NCBI GenBank assembly: GCA_963803145.1
Contig: CAWDLW010000012.1
Location: 171,435 to 235,434, forward strand
DNA length: 64,000 nucleotides
Direction of reading: 5' to 3'
Origin: Methanotrichaceae archaeon
GTDB taxonomy: Archaea; Halobacteriota; Methanosarcinia; Methanotrichales; Methanotrichaceae
The position numbers were made by a program, and so were the translations under genes. This document shows positions 10,396-21,277 of this stretch, piece after piece (the stretch's first letter is position 1; each line of letters starts with the position of its first letter). The notes below the pieces were generated by a model. The model saw only the letters and a list, made by a program, of their open reading frames with translations. It had not been told where the DNA came from and made no database searches.

Positions 10396-12416
10396 TACCT
10401 ATTGATAGATAAATAGTCCCTATATTCCCTAGAACTGTTTCTTCTCCGACAAGATCTTTAATTTCTTGGGAGATCTTAAGGCTTTTATTATAGAAATCTA
10501 ATGCAATATGAGGCTTACCTAGTTTTAAATATATATTACCTAGATCACATAATGCTGTATATTCTCCCTTGATATCCCTTAAATAACATGAAATTTCCAA
10601 TCGCTTTTCATGCATCTGAATACCCTGTTGAAATTTCCCAGTTTGCGAATAGATTCTGCCTAAAGAACTCAAAGCTTTGCTTGCCCCTCTTAAATCCCCT
10701 CTCCCTAAATGGATTTCTAAAGCCTTCCGATACGATTCATCAGCTTTTTTTAACTTCCCCAGATGCTGATAAACCCTACCGAGATTGCCACAGGCGTTGC
10801 CTTCGCCATACTTATCTCCAATTTTATGGGCTATATGAAGAAATCTCTTAAAAAGTTTAAGGGCATTATGGTAATCTCCAAAATGAATATTGGCGTTACC
10901 CATATTGCCTAGTACATAACACTCTAATTGGCGATTTCTAATCTTATGGGCGACAGCAAGTGCCTGATTATAATAATCAATAGCAAGATGCATATCTCCT
11001 AGATCAGCACAAGCTAAGCCTAACAGATTAAGGAAAGCTCCCTCGTTGTTGTAATCTCCAATAGCAAGCGCAGCCTGTAAGCCTGCTTTGGCTACCTTAA
11101 CTCTTTCTGTTGAATAGCCTTGTAAATCTAAGTAATTATCGAACATTAAGGTTATTTTACAGACAGCATCCCATTCACTAGCATCAAGGCAAGCAGATTG
11201 TAGCGCTAAAATATGAGCGCGATTAGTATCAATGATGATCTTACCTGGTAGACCCGGACCCCCTTGCTCCTTTAATAAGTTACAGTAATATTGAGCAAGG
11301 CGTAATAACATATCATGCTCCGTTACTAGATCTTTTCGTGCGTATGTATATGCTAATGTATGCGCTACGTGATAGAACGTATCAGGTCTTATTATCAAAC
11401 CGTAATCTACTAGCTCCCCCAAATGGCGATCAGCTTCATGTCTAGGTATATTTAAGGCTGTAGCGATGAGTTCTGGACCAAAAGGGCTCATTGCTAATAT
11501 GCCAGCCACCCTAAATGAGGCGCGTGATAACTCACTTAGCTGATCTAAGCTACGCTTCATTAATACAGGTATACTTTGATGCTGCCGCTCTCCTAGGTCT
11601 AGGGCTGCCAGAGGTGTGGCCTCAAGCCATGCAAGATAATCCTCGGCTTGTTGATGGCATTGAGACATATATTTTCCTGCTAGAACGATCGCAAGGGGTA
11701 AGCCCCCCAGGAATTCACAAATCCTATTAGCTGATACTTCATCGGCTGCATAATTATGCCCCCATGCACGTAATAGCTGGATAGCTTGGTCTTGTGGTAA
11801 AGGTGATAAATCACTCCAATCGGCAGGAGCATCTCTATGACGTCGACTAGTAATGATAATACCACAACTCACAGCAACCTCTAAGATTACATCCAAATTA
11901 TCGGCAGATTCAGCACCATCTAATATAAGAAGGGCTTTGCGACCTGCCAATGCACGGCGAGCAGTATCGATTGGGCTGGGTCGTGGATCTTCTCCAAATG
12001 CACGGGCTAATGCCTCTAAGGCAAGACTGGCCTGGGGTTGATGGTAAAATGTATGAAAAATCACTCCATCTGGAAATTGACTGGGGGGACTATTATCAGG
12101 GGCAAGGCGCCAAAGTATCTCAGATACAAGAGCAGTCTTGCCGATACCTCCTGGACCACATAATGTAACTGCATAACCAGGCTTTAATGAATCTAATAAG
12201 GTTGCAAGTTCCTTTTCACGGCCAACAAAATGGTGGGTTCGGGGCGGCTTCTGCAGAGGGATATGTAGTGAAAGAGACGGCGCGTTAATAATGACTGGCC
12301 CATGAAACTTTCCAGAAAGCACTGGGCCATCTGCATTTCCCCTTATGTTAGTCTGGGAACCATCTCCAGCTTTATCCTGTTGGCTCATGGTGGATTCCCT
12401 TTATTATCCGATATTT

Positions 12417-12854
12417 TCATTTGGATTCTCTTGCGTTAACTGAACCGTGGAAATTGCCTGAAAGCACAGGGCCATTTACATTACCAGCGATGTTTGTCTG
12501 TGAGCCATGGATTATTTGTCCACGCTGATCGAAAACACTGCTGGCTGTACCTTTCTCTTCAATTGCTTCAATTAACTTGCCTACTTCTTCAGCGAACTTC
12601 GTGTCCTTTTCCATTTTTTCAGCTAAGACATCCTTAAGTGCTGCCTGCCTATCTTCTGACTCAGGTTTCTCTTTTGCGCGAGCTAGCGTTTGCTCGGCGA
12701 ATGTGTCTCCTTTGAATTTATTCTCGACTGCCTGGCATAATTCCACAAACTTTTTGCCGAGTCCCTCGCCAGCAGTTTTGATAAATGAATCTCCTCCCTT
12801 GGCAAGATAGGGGGCTGCTGCAGCTGCGATTAATCCAACATCGACAGGTAACAT
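12417..12854 (-). CDS. Bell-like helical effector domain with C-terminal putative amyloid signalling motif
   Basis: ~100-aa helical domain with a hydrophobic N-terminal helix (AAAAAPYLAKGG...P.SEDRQAALKDVL...D.KFAEEV), then GSQTNIAGNVNGPVLSGNFHGSV, 18/23 identical to the N-terminus of the adjacent NLR. Confidence 0.8.
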   Translation of the reverse strand: MLPVDVGLIAAAAAPYLAKGGDSFIKTAGEGLGKKFVELCQAVENKFKGDTFAEQTLARAKEKPESEDRQAALKDVLAEKMEKDTKFAEEVGKLIEAIEEKGTASSVFDQRGQIIHGSQTNIAGNVNGPVLSGNFHGSVNARESK

Positions 12855-13007
12855 ATTGCCCGAACCTCGGATGCTTTCTTAGGGGTATGGAGTGATAAAT
12901 TTTATCCTATCGCTTATTGTAAAACCTACTGAACATAATGGGCTGTTAATATGATTAATATGGCGGTATCTTAAGCCTGAATGCCTTTAACAATTCACTA
13001 AAGGAGA

Positions 13008-14326
13008 CTATTTATCACGCTTTTGTTTTTCAATAGGGCTGTCGAGCGTAACTTCATGAATGAAAGTTCCTGAAAGTACGTGTCCATGCACATCGCCGTA
13101 AATATTCGTTATGGCTTTTGCTCCTATGAACAAAGAGGTTAATAAGACCAGCTTTAAAGTTTCAAATCTCTGTTCTAATGTTGCTGTATCTTGAGATTCT
13201 AATAGAGCAAGGGTTTCAAGATACTCTTGTGCCTCCTTGGGAAATTTTTTGCAGTGAAGCTTCAGAAGTGGAACAATCTCCAGCAAATAACGATCTGCAG
13301 CTATTGGTGAGCTGATATCTTTCAACCCCTTAGTTGCATCGTAAGTAAGCTTTCCGAAATCTTCAAGAGCAGTTCCCTTAGAGCTTTTACAGAGCTTCCG
13401 TGCTGCATCCTCTACATCCTTAAATATAGTCTTGATTTTATCATCGATGATCGGGATTCCCCTTTCAACCATAGCAGCATCTACTACCTTGGAAGCAAAA
13501 GGTGCTCTGCCCCTTACCCTCTCCAAGCAATCCACTGCCTGGAAGCAATATCTAGTGTAGGCTTTGAGATCCTGTTTCCGAGATATCATATCTTCCACGG
13601 TATATGTCTTGACCTCCCAGAGAGCCTTAGATAGGTTATCCACAGCTTCAAGGAGGATCTCCTCCATACTCTCAGAGACTTTTACTGCCTCCTTAGCCTC
13701 TTAGCCTCAGCTAGATATCTCTGGATCTCCTCTGCCTTAGATACATCTCTAAACAAAAGACTGTGTAGTGATTTATAAAAGGGCAGACAAAAAACAGCAT
13801 GGTTCTCATTTCTCCAATTCCCCGGGCTATCCGAGGATTTTTGGAAGAATTCGATCGCTTCTTCTAGGTGAGCTTTGAGATCCCTATCATCGGCCTCAGT
13901 TGCCTTGAAGATGCATGCCCGACCTAAGGAATGATAGGAGATAGACCTGATGGCTTCATCCTTCTCCTTAGAGAGCCTATCTAATTCTCTCCAAACTAGA
14001 GACTTGTAAGGCAAGCTAGGGAATAACGATCCAAGCACGCAGCCTACTTCCCATCGTACATAGCGATTCCGGTCATTAGCTAATCTGTGAAGATCCTGCC
14101 ATACAAGATGATCGCTAGGCAAGTTAGGGAACGCCAACTCAATCGCGGCAACTGCATATTTTCGCACAAGAAAATGGTGATCCTGGGTTAGCCTATGTAG
14201 GTCTTGCCAGGCAGCTTCTTTGTCATCCAGATGGTCAAACTCGTTTCCGAGCAGTGTTGCAGCATGTTGCCTATGTTCTGTACTCTCAGAAATTGACATC
14301 TCATGGATCTCTGCGTAGGATACCAA
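13008..14326 (-). pseudogene. HEAT-repeat protein with C-terminal copy of the amyloid-like motif, split by an 8-bp duplication
   Basis: WQDLHRL..D...VR HEAT-like repeats in ORF 13682-14326. TTAGCCTC is duplicated at 13693-13708; removing one copy fuses it with ORF 13008-13667 (RYLAEAKEAVKVSESMEEILLEAVDNL, 436 aa). Ends ...TNIYGDVHGHVLSGTFIHEV... Confidence 0.85.
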
Positions 14327-14456
14327 GGACTAGCACCAGCGAGTACATACTTAAAAGAGCTTATAAGTTTATGCCTTTCCATGGCCGCCGCTAATCTACA
14401 TCTTTTAGATACTAACGAGATATAACTATCATGGATCAAAACCACTAATATTCCTC

Positions 14457-14681
14457 TTAGCCTTTATTCTCCTTTCTCATCACCTCCACCCGCACCGAAA
14501 ACACTGCCGACTCTAATGGCTCATCCAGCGTATAGAATGCCTCTCTTGAATGCTTCTTGGCCATTTCGGCGATCATCTGACCGTAAATCTGGTCTTCCTT
14601 CTTCAGCGCCTTCGAAGCCTTCAGCCACCTTGTCGAGACTTCCTTCACGGCCATTCTCACGATCTCAATACTTCGGCCCAC
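14457..14681 (-). CDS. Small hypothetical protein
   Basis: 74-aa helical ORF (MGRS...KALKKEDQ...MAKKH...PLESAVFS), GTG start after an AGGT SD-like motif. Confidence 0.6.
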   Translation of the reverse strand: MGRSIEIVRMAVKEVSTRWLKASKALKKEDQIYGQMIAEMAKKHSREAFYTLDEPLESAVFSVRVEVMRKENKG

Positions 14682-14724
14682 GCTATCTACCTATAGGAGA
14701 GGGATAACTTTAGCGATTAAAGGA

Positions 14725-14967
14725 CAACTCGTAACATAGGGTCCTTATAATTATATTTGGCATCCCTCTTATACCGGCGGCCTGCTAATTTTTGTAAGGG
14801 TATCCTTGGCGATTGGGACTTGGCTTGGGGCGATCTTTGCTCTTGCTGCAAACTTGATAGCTTACCGTTACCGCATTCGAGTTGAAGAAGAGGCGTTGCA
14901 AGAGGCTTTTGGCTCCGATTACGAAGTGTATAGAAGAAGAACTTGGAAATTATTTCCAGGCTTTTAA
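14725..14967 (+). pseudogene. Isoprenylcysteine carboxyl methyltransferase (ICMT) family 3' fragment
   Basis: Not in the ORF track: QLVT*GPYNYIWHPSYTG...RIRVEEEALQEAFGSDYEVYRRRTWKLFPGF*, with in-frame TAG at 14737 and no 5' half. Confidence 0.75.
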
Positions 14968-15245
14968 AAGAAGGCACGAAGAAAGCATGGCCAAAGTTAG
15001 AATCCCTTGTGGCTGCGAGTATCAACCTTAAGGAGAAAACAGCATGCTGCAGCTCAAAAATCGATATTTGCGAGTATCAGCGAGTATCAAAATGACCCCA
15101 ATATGGGTAATCACTGATATACTCATTGCCTGCAAAAGCAAGAGCCAATAATCATTCGCGGCGACAGCTATGATTAGGTGCAAGGAGTTAGAAGAAAAAG
15201 ATATGGTGTATAAAGTAGAGTATAGAAAAAACATGGATGGCATGG

Positions 15246-15458
15246 ATGGTAACGCATTATCACTCAGACCATGCTGGGTTGGCCCAGGAGGTTAAACTGA
15301 AGGGCGTCCGGCTTGTCGTCCTAGAAAATCGGATGCCATTTATCCCAAAGCTGCGAACATAGATGAAGCCAAGCAGTCCTTACATTGAGATTGCTCTTGA
15401 TGATAACCTCAGTCTCAGCTTCAAAGACAGCCGAGCTTTCTTGCAGCGTTTTGCATAA
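15246..15458 (+). pseudogene. MBL-fold metallo-hydrolase internal fragment
   Basis: VTHYHSDHAGLAQEVK (HxHxDH motif)...RT*MKP...; internal TAG, truncated at both ends. Confidence 0.65.
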
Positions 15459-15614
15459 TGGGCCTGTCAGGCGTCTGAAGAGCCCGACGATTAATAGGAC
15501 GAATGATAGTAGCTATTAGGATAATCTTTAATAATTTCCCATTAAATTATGGCTAAGATACATGATAAACTTAGAATTGTTATGCGTAACTATCTCAAGG
15601 TGGAGGTTAATAGA

Positions 15615-16271
15615 ATGAGGCTGACAAGCGTCTTGTTATTGGCCATATTGCTTTTATGTTTATCTGTTCATGCTGCTGATGATGATTATTACCTAGGCGC
15701 TGCCGCAGTGCCAAGCATTCCAGCGCCGAATATGGATGTGCCAAGTCCTGTCGTCTCAGCCCCGAATATGGGCATGACGGATACAAAACCTGCGCCTTTA
15801 GTTAAGCCAAACAACATTAATCCGAGCAATAATCTTAATCCAACCTCCAATCAAACCTCGAATAAAGTCGGCAATGTGAGCGCCGATCAGACTCAAGTGG
15901 CACAAATACAACAAACAGCCAAGACAATGGATGTAAGCGGCAAATGGTTGATAATGTTCGACGATGGATCTGACAGGTCGCTTGATCTGACACTATGGCA
16001 ATCTGCCGGAGCTGCAGGAATCATGGGTTTCGGCACTTTGACTGAAGAGGGCACAAAGAATTCTGTGACTGCCAGCGGATCTGTAACAGCTGAGGAGCTC
16101 AAATTAACCGCTAAGCTAGCCACGCCCGAACAGGCCAATCTGAAGTACGACGAGTGTGATCTCGACCTGCATAATGTGAATGATACCCTATCAGGAACTT
16201 ATGTCCTGAGATCCGCCGGTCAGTTTTTAGTGAAGGGGAATGCAACAGCAGAGACGGCTCCCGCTTCATAG
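15615..16271 (+). CDS. Secreted protein with C-terminal beta-barrel-like domain (paralog family)
   Basis: ATG 15615 follows GGAGGT; signal peptide MRLTSVLLLAILLLCLSVHA; DVSGKW...LSGTY...GNATA domain shared with 54705, 55915 and 63033. Confidence 0.8.
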   Translation: MRLTSVLLLAILLLCLSVHAADDDYYLGAAAVPSIPAPNMDVPSPVVSAPNMGMTDTKPAPLVKPNNINPSNNLNPTSNQTSNKVGNVSADQTQVAQIQQTAKTMDVSGKWLIMFDDGSDRSLDLTLWQSAGAAGIMGFGTLTEEGTKNSVTASGSVTAEELKLTAKLATPEQANLKYDECDLDLHNVNDTLSGTYVLRSAGQFLVKGNATAETAPAS

Positions 16272-16533
16272 ACATTTAAGAATTCAAAATCTAGAGGGAT
16301 CTGCCTCCTTCATAGGCATTAGCTTTTTGAATTTTTTTATAAAGGCTTATGCTAATGCACTGTCATTATTGGCTATCTTAGCTGTTATTTGGTTAATGGA
16401 GTAATCCCCAGTTTGCCAACGGAAACATTAATTAGCATTAACTTCCATTAATAAAAACTAAATAAAGGATAATGATCCTTGCCTATTAGACATAGTTCAC
16501 AGCGAAATTAAGGCGCAACGGCGGAGTTACTTC

Positions 16534-18987
16534 ATGGATGACAGCATAATAATGAAAAAGTTGCTACATGAAGCTTTTAACAATAAAAAACAGTTAATCT
16601 CTTTCCGAAGCGCCCTAATACTTGGGGCCTGCATTATTCTTGGTAACATAGTGATAGTTGTCTCGCTAAGAGATAACCTAGCGCTTATCAGGACAGTTGG
16701 CGATTTTGTAGCTCCTCTAATAGAGCTTTTTTCGGTATTCTGTATGGCCTATGCAGCTAGCAATTTCAAAAAATCAGGAGAGCAGGTATGGCTCGCCTGG
16801 GTTATTCTCGCTGCTGCCCAGTTCTCTTATGCGATTGGAGATGTTGTATGGTCCATAATCGAATTAGGACAACATCGATTACCCTTCCCATCGCGAGCGG
16901 ATGGATTTTATCTGATGTTTTACCCTCTATTTGCTGCAGGTATTCTTCTTTTGCCCAAAAGACCCATGGCCTCAGGTGACAGGATTAAGGTACTATTGGA
17001 CACTGGCATCGTGATGATTGCCTCCATTTTGCTGTTTTGGGCATTCTTGATCGCTCCGGCCGTTAAGTCCTTTTCGGGGACAGATGCCTTTACTGTGATT
17101 CTTGCTGTGGGCTATCCCATAATGGATCTGCTGCTAATCTTTACGCTGATAGAGCTATTGCTCAGAAGGCTAAGTTACACAGAAATCAGCCCGTTGGCTC
17201 TATTAACAGCTAGCATAGTGATAATGATCATCACTGATATAATTTTCATGAACCAATCATTACAGAGGAAGTACATCTCAGGTGGCTTGTTGGACACGGG
17301 GTGGTATGCAAGCTTTTTATTGATGGGGCTTGCCGGCATACTTCAGGCAAATTCACAGCGATTCAATCTACCATCCCTATCTTTAGTACCTGAACCCAAG
17401 CCTAGATACGTCCAGTTTACGTGGCCTCTTTATTTTCCTTATATATTGGCGGGAGTTGCCTACATTCTTCTTATCTACAATTACAATCACCCGTTTCCCA
17501 TAGCATTTTCCACTATGGCTCTAAGTGTGGGCTGCATCGTTGGCCTTGTAATCATCCGTCAGATTGTTGCCTTAAAAGAAAACTCCAGGCTGTATGGGAT
17601 GACCCTAAAGGAGATTGCTGAACGCAATAAAAAAGAAGAAGAGATCAAGAGGCTCAACGAAGAGCTGGAAGTTCGGGTTATCGAGCGCACTGCAGAGCTC
17701 GACGATACAAACAAAAGGCTGCGAAATGAGATCCTTGAACGTGAAAAGACTGAAGAGGATCTGCATAAGGCCAAAGAAGCAGCGGAAGCTGCAATGACAG
17801 CTAAATCTGAGTTCCTCGCCATTATGAGCCATGAGATAAGGACCCCAATGAATGCAGTCATTGGAATGACCGGTTTCCTCCTGGATTCTAATCTCGATAA
17901 AGAGCAGCGTGAACACGTTGAGATTATAAGAAATAGCGGCAATGCTCTTCTCTCTGTAATAAATGATATTCTTGACTTCTCTAAAATCGAGAACGGTAAG
18001 ATGGTGCTGGAGAGCCAAGCATTTGATCTTAGAAGTTTTATTAAAGCCAGCATGGATTTGGTAGCTAACAATGCCGCCGAGAAAGGCCTGAAGCTGGTAT
18101 GTATAATAGAAGATTCTGTGCCTAGTGCAATCATAAGCGATCCGACTAGGCTACGTCAGATCTTGGTCAATCTGCTCAGCAACGCCGTCAAGTTTACTGA
18201 TAAAGGCGAGGTCGAGATATCCGTCACCTCCCAGACGATTAAGGATGGCAGATGCGAGCTTCACTTTGCTATCAGGGATACTGGGATTGGGATACCAAAG
18301 GATAGAATGGACAGGCTCTTCCAATCATTCAGCCAGATCGATATGACCACCACTCGGAAGTATGGTGGAACAGGTTTAGGACTGGCCATAAGCAAGCGCC
18401 TTGTCGAAATCATGGGCGGCAAGATCTGGGCGGAAAGCGAGTCGGGGATAGGATCTACATTTCACTTTATGCTTTCGGTTGATACGTCATTGGATCATTT
18501 CCCCAAGCCTGAAGAGGCTCCTTATCGATCAAAGGGCAATGTTCATGCTAACGCTAATGCTAATTTGCGCATCCTCCTTGTAGAGGATAATGTGATCAAT
18601 CGGAAGGTCATGTTGCATATGCTCAAGAAGCTGGGCTATAGAGCAGAGGTAGCTGCAGATGGCATGGAGGCTCTCAGGATTCTAAATCTCGAGCATTATG
18701 ACATTGTGCTTATGGATATACAGATGCCGGGGATGGATGGCATTGAGGCCACAAAGGAGATACGCAAACGTTGGCCCAATGGGCCGGTGGTCGTTGCTCT
18801 CACTGCCTATGCATTGGATGGTGACCGAGAGCGATGCATGGAGGCAGGCATGGATGGATACATTAGCAAGCCTGTGAAGATAGAGGAGCTGGAAGCTGTG
18901 CTGCTGAATTGCGAGGATAAAATAGCAGAACGATCGGGTTCCTACAAAAAGGAGAGCGAGATAACTGGGCTTGTCAATAACACCTAG
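16534..18987 (+). CDS. Membrane-bound hybrid sensor histidine kinase/response regulator
   Basis: Multi-TM N-terminus; [10 protein letters not shown]-box, [22 protein letters not shown]; C-terminal receiver (LLVEDN, LMDIQMP, YISKP). Confidence 0.95.
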   Translation: MDDSIIMKKLLHEAFNNKKQLISFRSALILGACIILGNIVIVVSLRDNLALIRTVGDFVAPLIELFSVFCMAYAASNFKKSGEQVWLAWVILAAAQFSYAIGDVVWSIIELGQHRLPFPSRADGFYLMFYPLFAAGILLLPKRPMASGDRIKVLLDTGIVMIASILLFWAFLIAPAVKSFSGTDAFTVILAVGYPIMDLLLIFTLIELLLRRLSYTEISPLALLTASIVIMIITDIIFMNQSLQRKYISGGLLDTGWYASFLLMGLAGILQANSQRFNLPSLSLVPEPKPRYVQFTWPLYFPYILAGVAYILLIYNYNHPFPIAFSTMALSVGCIVGLVIIRQIVALKENSRLYGMTLKEIAERNKKEEEIKRLNEELEVRVIERTAELDDTNKRLRNEILEREKTEEDLHKAKEAAEAAMTAKSEFLAIMSHEIRTPMNAVIGMTGFLLDSNLDKEQREHVEIIRNSGNALLSVINDILDFSKIENGKMVLESQAFDLRSFIKASMDLVANNAAEKGLKLVCIIEDSVPSAIISDPTRLRQILVNLLSNAVKFTDKGEVEISVTSQTIKDGRCELHFAIRDTGIGIPKDRMDRLFQSFSQIDMTTTRKYGGTGLGLAISKRLVEIMGGKIWAESESGIGSTFHFMLSVDTSLDHFPKPEEAPYRSKGNVHANANANLRILLVEDNVINRKVMLHMLKKLGYRAEVAADGMEALRILNLEHYDIVLMDIQMPGMDGIEATKEIRKRWPNGPVVVALTAYALDGDRERCMEAGMDGYISKPVKIEELEAVLLNCEDKIAERSGSYKKESEITGLVNNT

Positions 18988-19077
18988 GCTGAGATATGAG
19001 CACTAGCTCCGTTTTACAGTGGTCTCTCCTCCTAGAAAACGCCATCGATGTTCGGCGAATCTGTTGGCACGGGCTGG

Positions 19078-19755
19078 TTATAGTCCCACATTTCCACAAT
19101 CCTGTTGCTTGTTTATGATGTTGGGTGCTGTCTTCCATGATGATTCTCCCTTGTGACTCCGGATCGACTGAATCTCCTCGGCCGACCAATCTGGAATATG
19201 CAGATTCAATTGTTTCACTTTAACGACTAGCGTGGGCCAATCTCCAGGGTTTGGAGCTATCTGGGTGTATTCCTCCTGCCAAGGTGTCCCTGCCAGGTTT
19301 TCAGGCTTTAAATTCTCCATTCCTGCAACGAGCCCTGGTTGGAATCCGCTATTGTTGTAGGTAACTGAGGCGACCACAAGCTTGCGCACCAGATCAGGCT
19401 GATGGATGGCAATCTGAAGGGCTATGCCAGCACCCATGCTGTAGCCGAAGACATCAGCTTCCTTTATCCCGATGTGCCTCAGCAGGGCGGCCGTATCCTC
19501 CGCCATCCGATTGATAGTCAGCGGGCGATCGATGTCAGCCGTGTGTCCATGTGCCTGCTGCTCGATTGCGATGACCTGACGGGTCCTGGCAAGGGACGGC
19601 AGGAGCTTTCCGAAAGATGTGCCGATTGCCGATAATGCACCGTGAAGCAGGACCAGCGGCCTGCCAGTGCCGTGGATCTCGTAATACATATTGAGACCAT
19701 TCACAGATGCATAGCCCCTCTCAGAGACAGTTGTTATCTTGTTCTTTGTCATCAT
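19078..19755 (-). pseudogene. Alpha/beta hydrolase, 3'-truncated
   Basis: LLHG and GYSMG nucleophile elbow present; similarity to paralog 24173-24997 stops at IQSIRS (~19158), before the catalytic Asp/His region. Confidence 0.75.
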
Positions 19756-19765
19756 GATTTTCCTT

Positions 19766-20338
19766 TCATCTTTTATAGTGAAGCAAAACGTTTCCGGACT
19801 TGAAGGTCTTTGTTTCTAAAAGCTCAAGGTCAAGCTTTTTAACTCCGGCAAACAGCGTTTTTCCTGCTCCCAAAATAACAGGAGTTACCGCAATCAAGTA
19901 CTCATCAAGTAATCCAGCCGCTGTAAGTTGCTGCACAATTGTGCCGCTGCCAAATATTAGGATATCAGATCCTTTTTCCTGTTTCAACTTGTCTACCTCT
20001 TCTGCTACATCGCCCTTAACCAGTTTGGTATTCTCCCAAGAAACTTCTTTCAAGGTCTTTGAGAAAACTACTTTGGTCATCTGATTTAGCTCGTTTGCAG
20101 TAGTCCGTGCATCTTTGGGAGCTTTTGGATCAGCAGCGATCTTTGGCCAGACACTTTCAAATAGCTGAAAAGTCACTCGCCCGAGCAAAACAGTACCGGG
20201 CGAAACCATGCCTGGTCGGCTCATTTCGTGTAGCGCTTTATCAAGTTCGGGGTCCCTTATAAACCAATCAATTTCTCCGTTTGGCCCAGCAAAAAAGCCG
20301 TCAACGGAAACTCTATTAAACATTATAACTTTTCTCAT
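19766..20338 (-). CDS. Dihydrofolate reductase-like / RibD C-terminal domain protein
   Basis: SVDGFFAGPNG, LLGRVTF, IFGSGTIVQQL, LLDEY, PVILGAG motifs; likely start MRKVIMF. Confidence 0.9.
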   Translation of the reverse strand: MRKVIMFNRVSVDGFFAGPNGEIDWFIRDPELDKALHEMSRPGMVSPGTVLLGRVTFQLFESVWPKIAADPKAPKDARTTANELNQMTKVVFSKTLKEVSWENTKLVKGDVAEEVDKLKQEKGSDILIFGSGTIVQQLTAAGLLDEYLIAVTPVILGAGKTLFAGVKKLDLELLETKTFKSGNVLLHYKR

Positions 20339-20479
20339 GATACTCACTCCATTCTTTTTAATAGCTCTCTTAGGTTTCAACCAGCTGATGATCTATTTAA
20401 TCCGGGTCCCGACAAAGTCGTAGGCCACTGTACTCTGATGCTATTTATTGCTTTTTTGATTGATGAATGAAACCGACGC

Positions 20480-21265
20480 TTAAGCCTTAAAGAACGTTAT
20501 GAGTATCGGGGCCAGTATTTTTGGCGAGATTTCGTGCGCCTGGCCCTCAAGGGTTTTCCGCTCTGCGTGCGGCATAGCTTTGGCCAGAGCGTCGGCGGCT
20601 TCATGCATGAAGGCTGGACGTTCACCGCCGCCAAGAACCAAGGTCGGCATAGTTGCAGCTTTGGCGGCCTCGACCGGCAGTGAGCCGTCACCCATAATTG
20701 CGTTGTCATATGCCAAGGTAGGTGCCAAAGCCTCCATGATCTGCCATTCAGGCGATTGCCGTATACCCTCTACCATCTCCGCCGGCAAGCCAAGAGTGGT
20801 CATGAACAAAGCAACTGCATCCCCGCGTTTGTCATCCGCAAGCAGTTCAGTCAAATGCCTGGTATATAGGGCTGAAGCTTTCTTGGCCTCATCACCAAAG
20901 GTGAGCGGTGCTTCGTAGAGTGCCAGCTTTGCAACCTTGGCGCTAAGCTTACTGGCAGCCTTCAGCGCCAAAACAGCGCCAGAAGAAATTCCGTACAAAT
21001 ATACCGAGCCACCCGCCTCCTCGATAAGTGCCTCGATATCCTCAATCTCCCTTTCAACGGAATAGGGCTTTATATCGGTACTCTCACCGCGGCCACGGCG
21101 GTCATATGTATAGACGGTGAAGTGCTTTGAAAGCTCAGTGGAGAGTGACCGCATTGGACCGAAGGCACGGTAGCCCATGGCGCCATCTACCAGGAGGACA
21201 GCGGGCCCTTTGCCAATCGTATCATAGACGATTGAGGTGCCGTCTTTTGATACTGCTTGTGACAT
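20480..21265 (-). CDS. Alpha/beta fold hydrolase
   Basis: SKDGTSI, YDRRGRGES, GISSGA, GQAH. Confidence 0.9.
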   Translation of the reverse strand: MSQAVSKDGTSIVYDTIGKGPAVLLVDGAMGYRAFGPMRSLSTELSKHFTVYTYDRRGRGESTDIKPYSVEREIEDIEALIEEAGGSVYLYGISSGAVLALKAASKLSAKVAKLALYEAPLTFGDEAKKASALYTRHLTELLADDKRGDAVALFMTTLGLPAEMVEGIRQSPEWQIMEALAPTLAYDNAIMGDGSLPVEAAKAATMPTLVLGGGERPAFMHEAADALAKAMPHAERKTLEGQAHEISPKILAPILITFFKA

Positions 21266-21277
21266 TGTTCTCCCACT

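Larger units (their letters stand above)
8784..12388 (-). pseudogene. NLR-like STAND receptor (N-terminal putative amyloid motif, NB-ARC, TPR repeats), interrupted by IS5
   Basis: GPGGIGKT Walker A, LLILDG Walker B, IITSR, GGLPLAI, then TPRs. Removing IS 9258-10395 and one TACC copy rejoins ...IYLSIG-KLQYAIEFYKKAL... in frame through to the stop at 8784 (820 aa). Confidence 0.92.

Noticed and set aside
14737-14739. In-frame TAG in the ICMT fragment (and in the MBL fragment) as possible pyrrolysine codons
   Set aside because: Both genes are also truncated and there are no pyl genes in the window, so ordinary pseudogene decay is the simpler explanation.
14717-15025. 102-aa minus-strand ORF
   Set aside because: It is antisense to the recognisable ICMT remnant.
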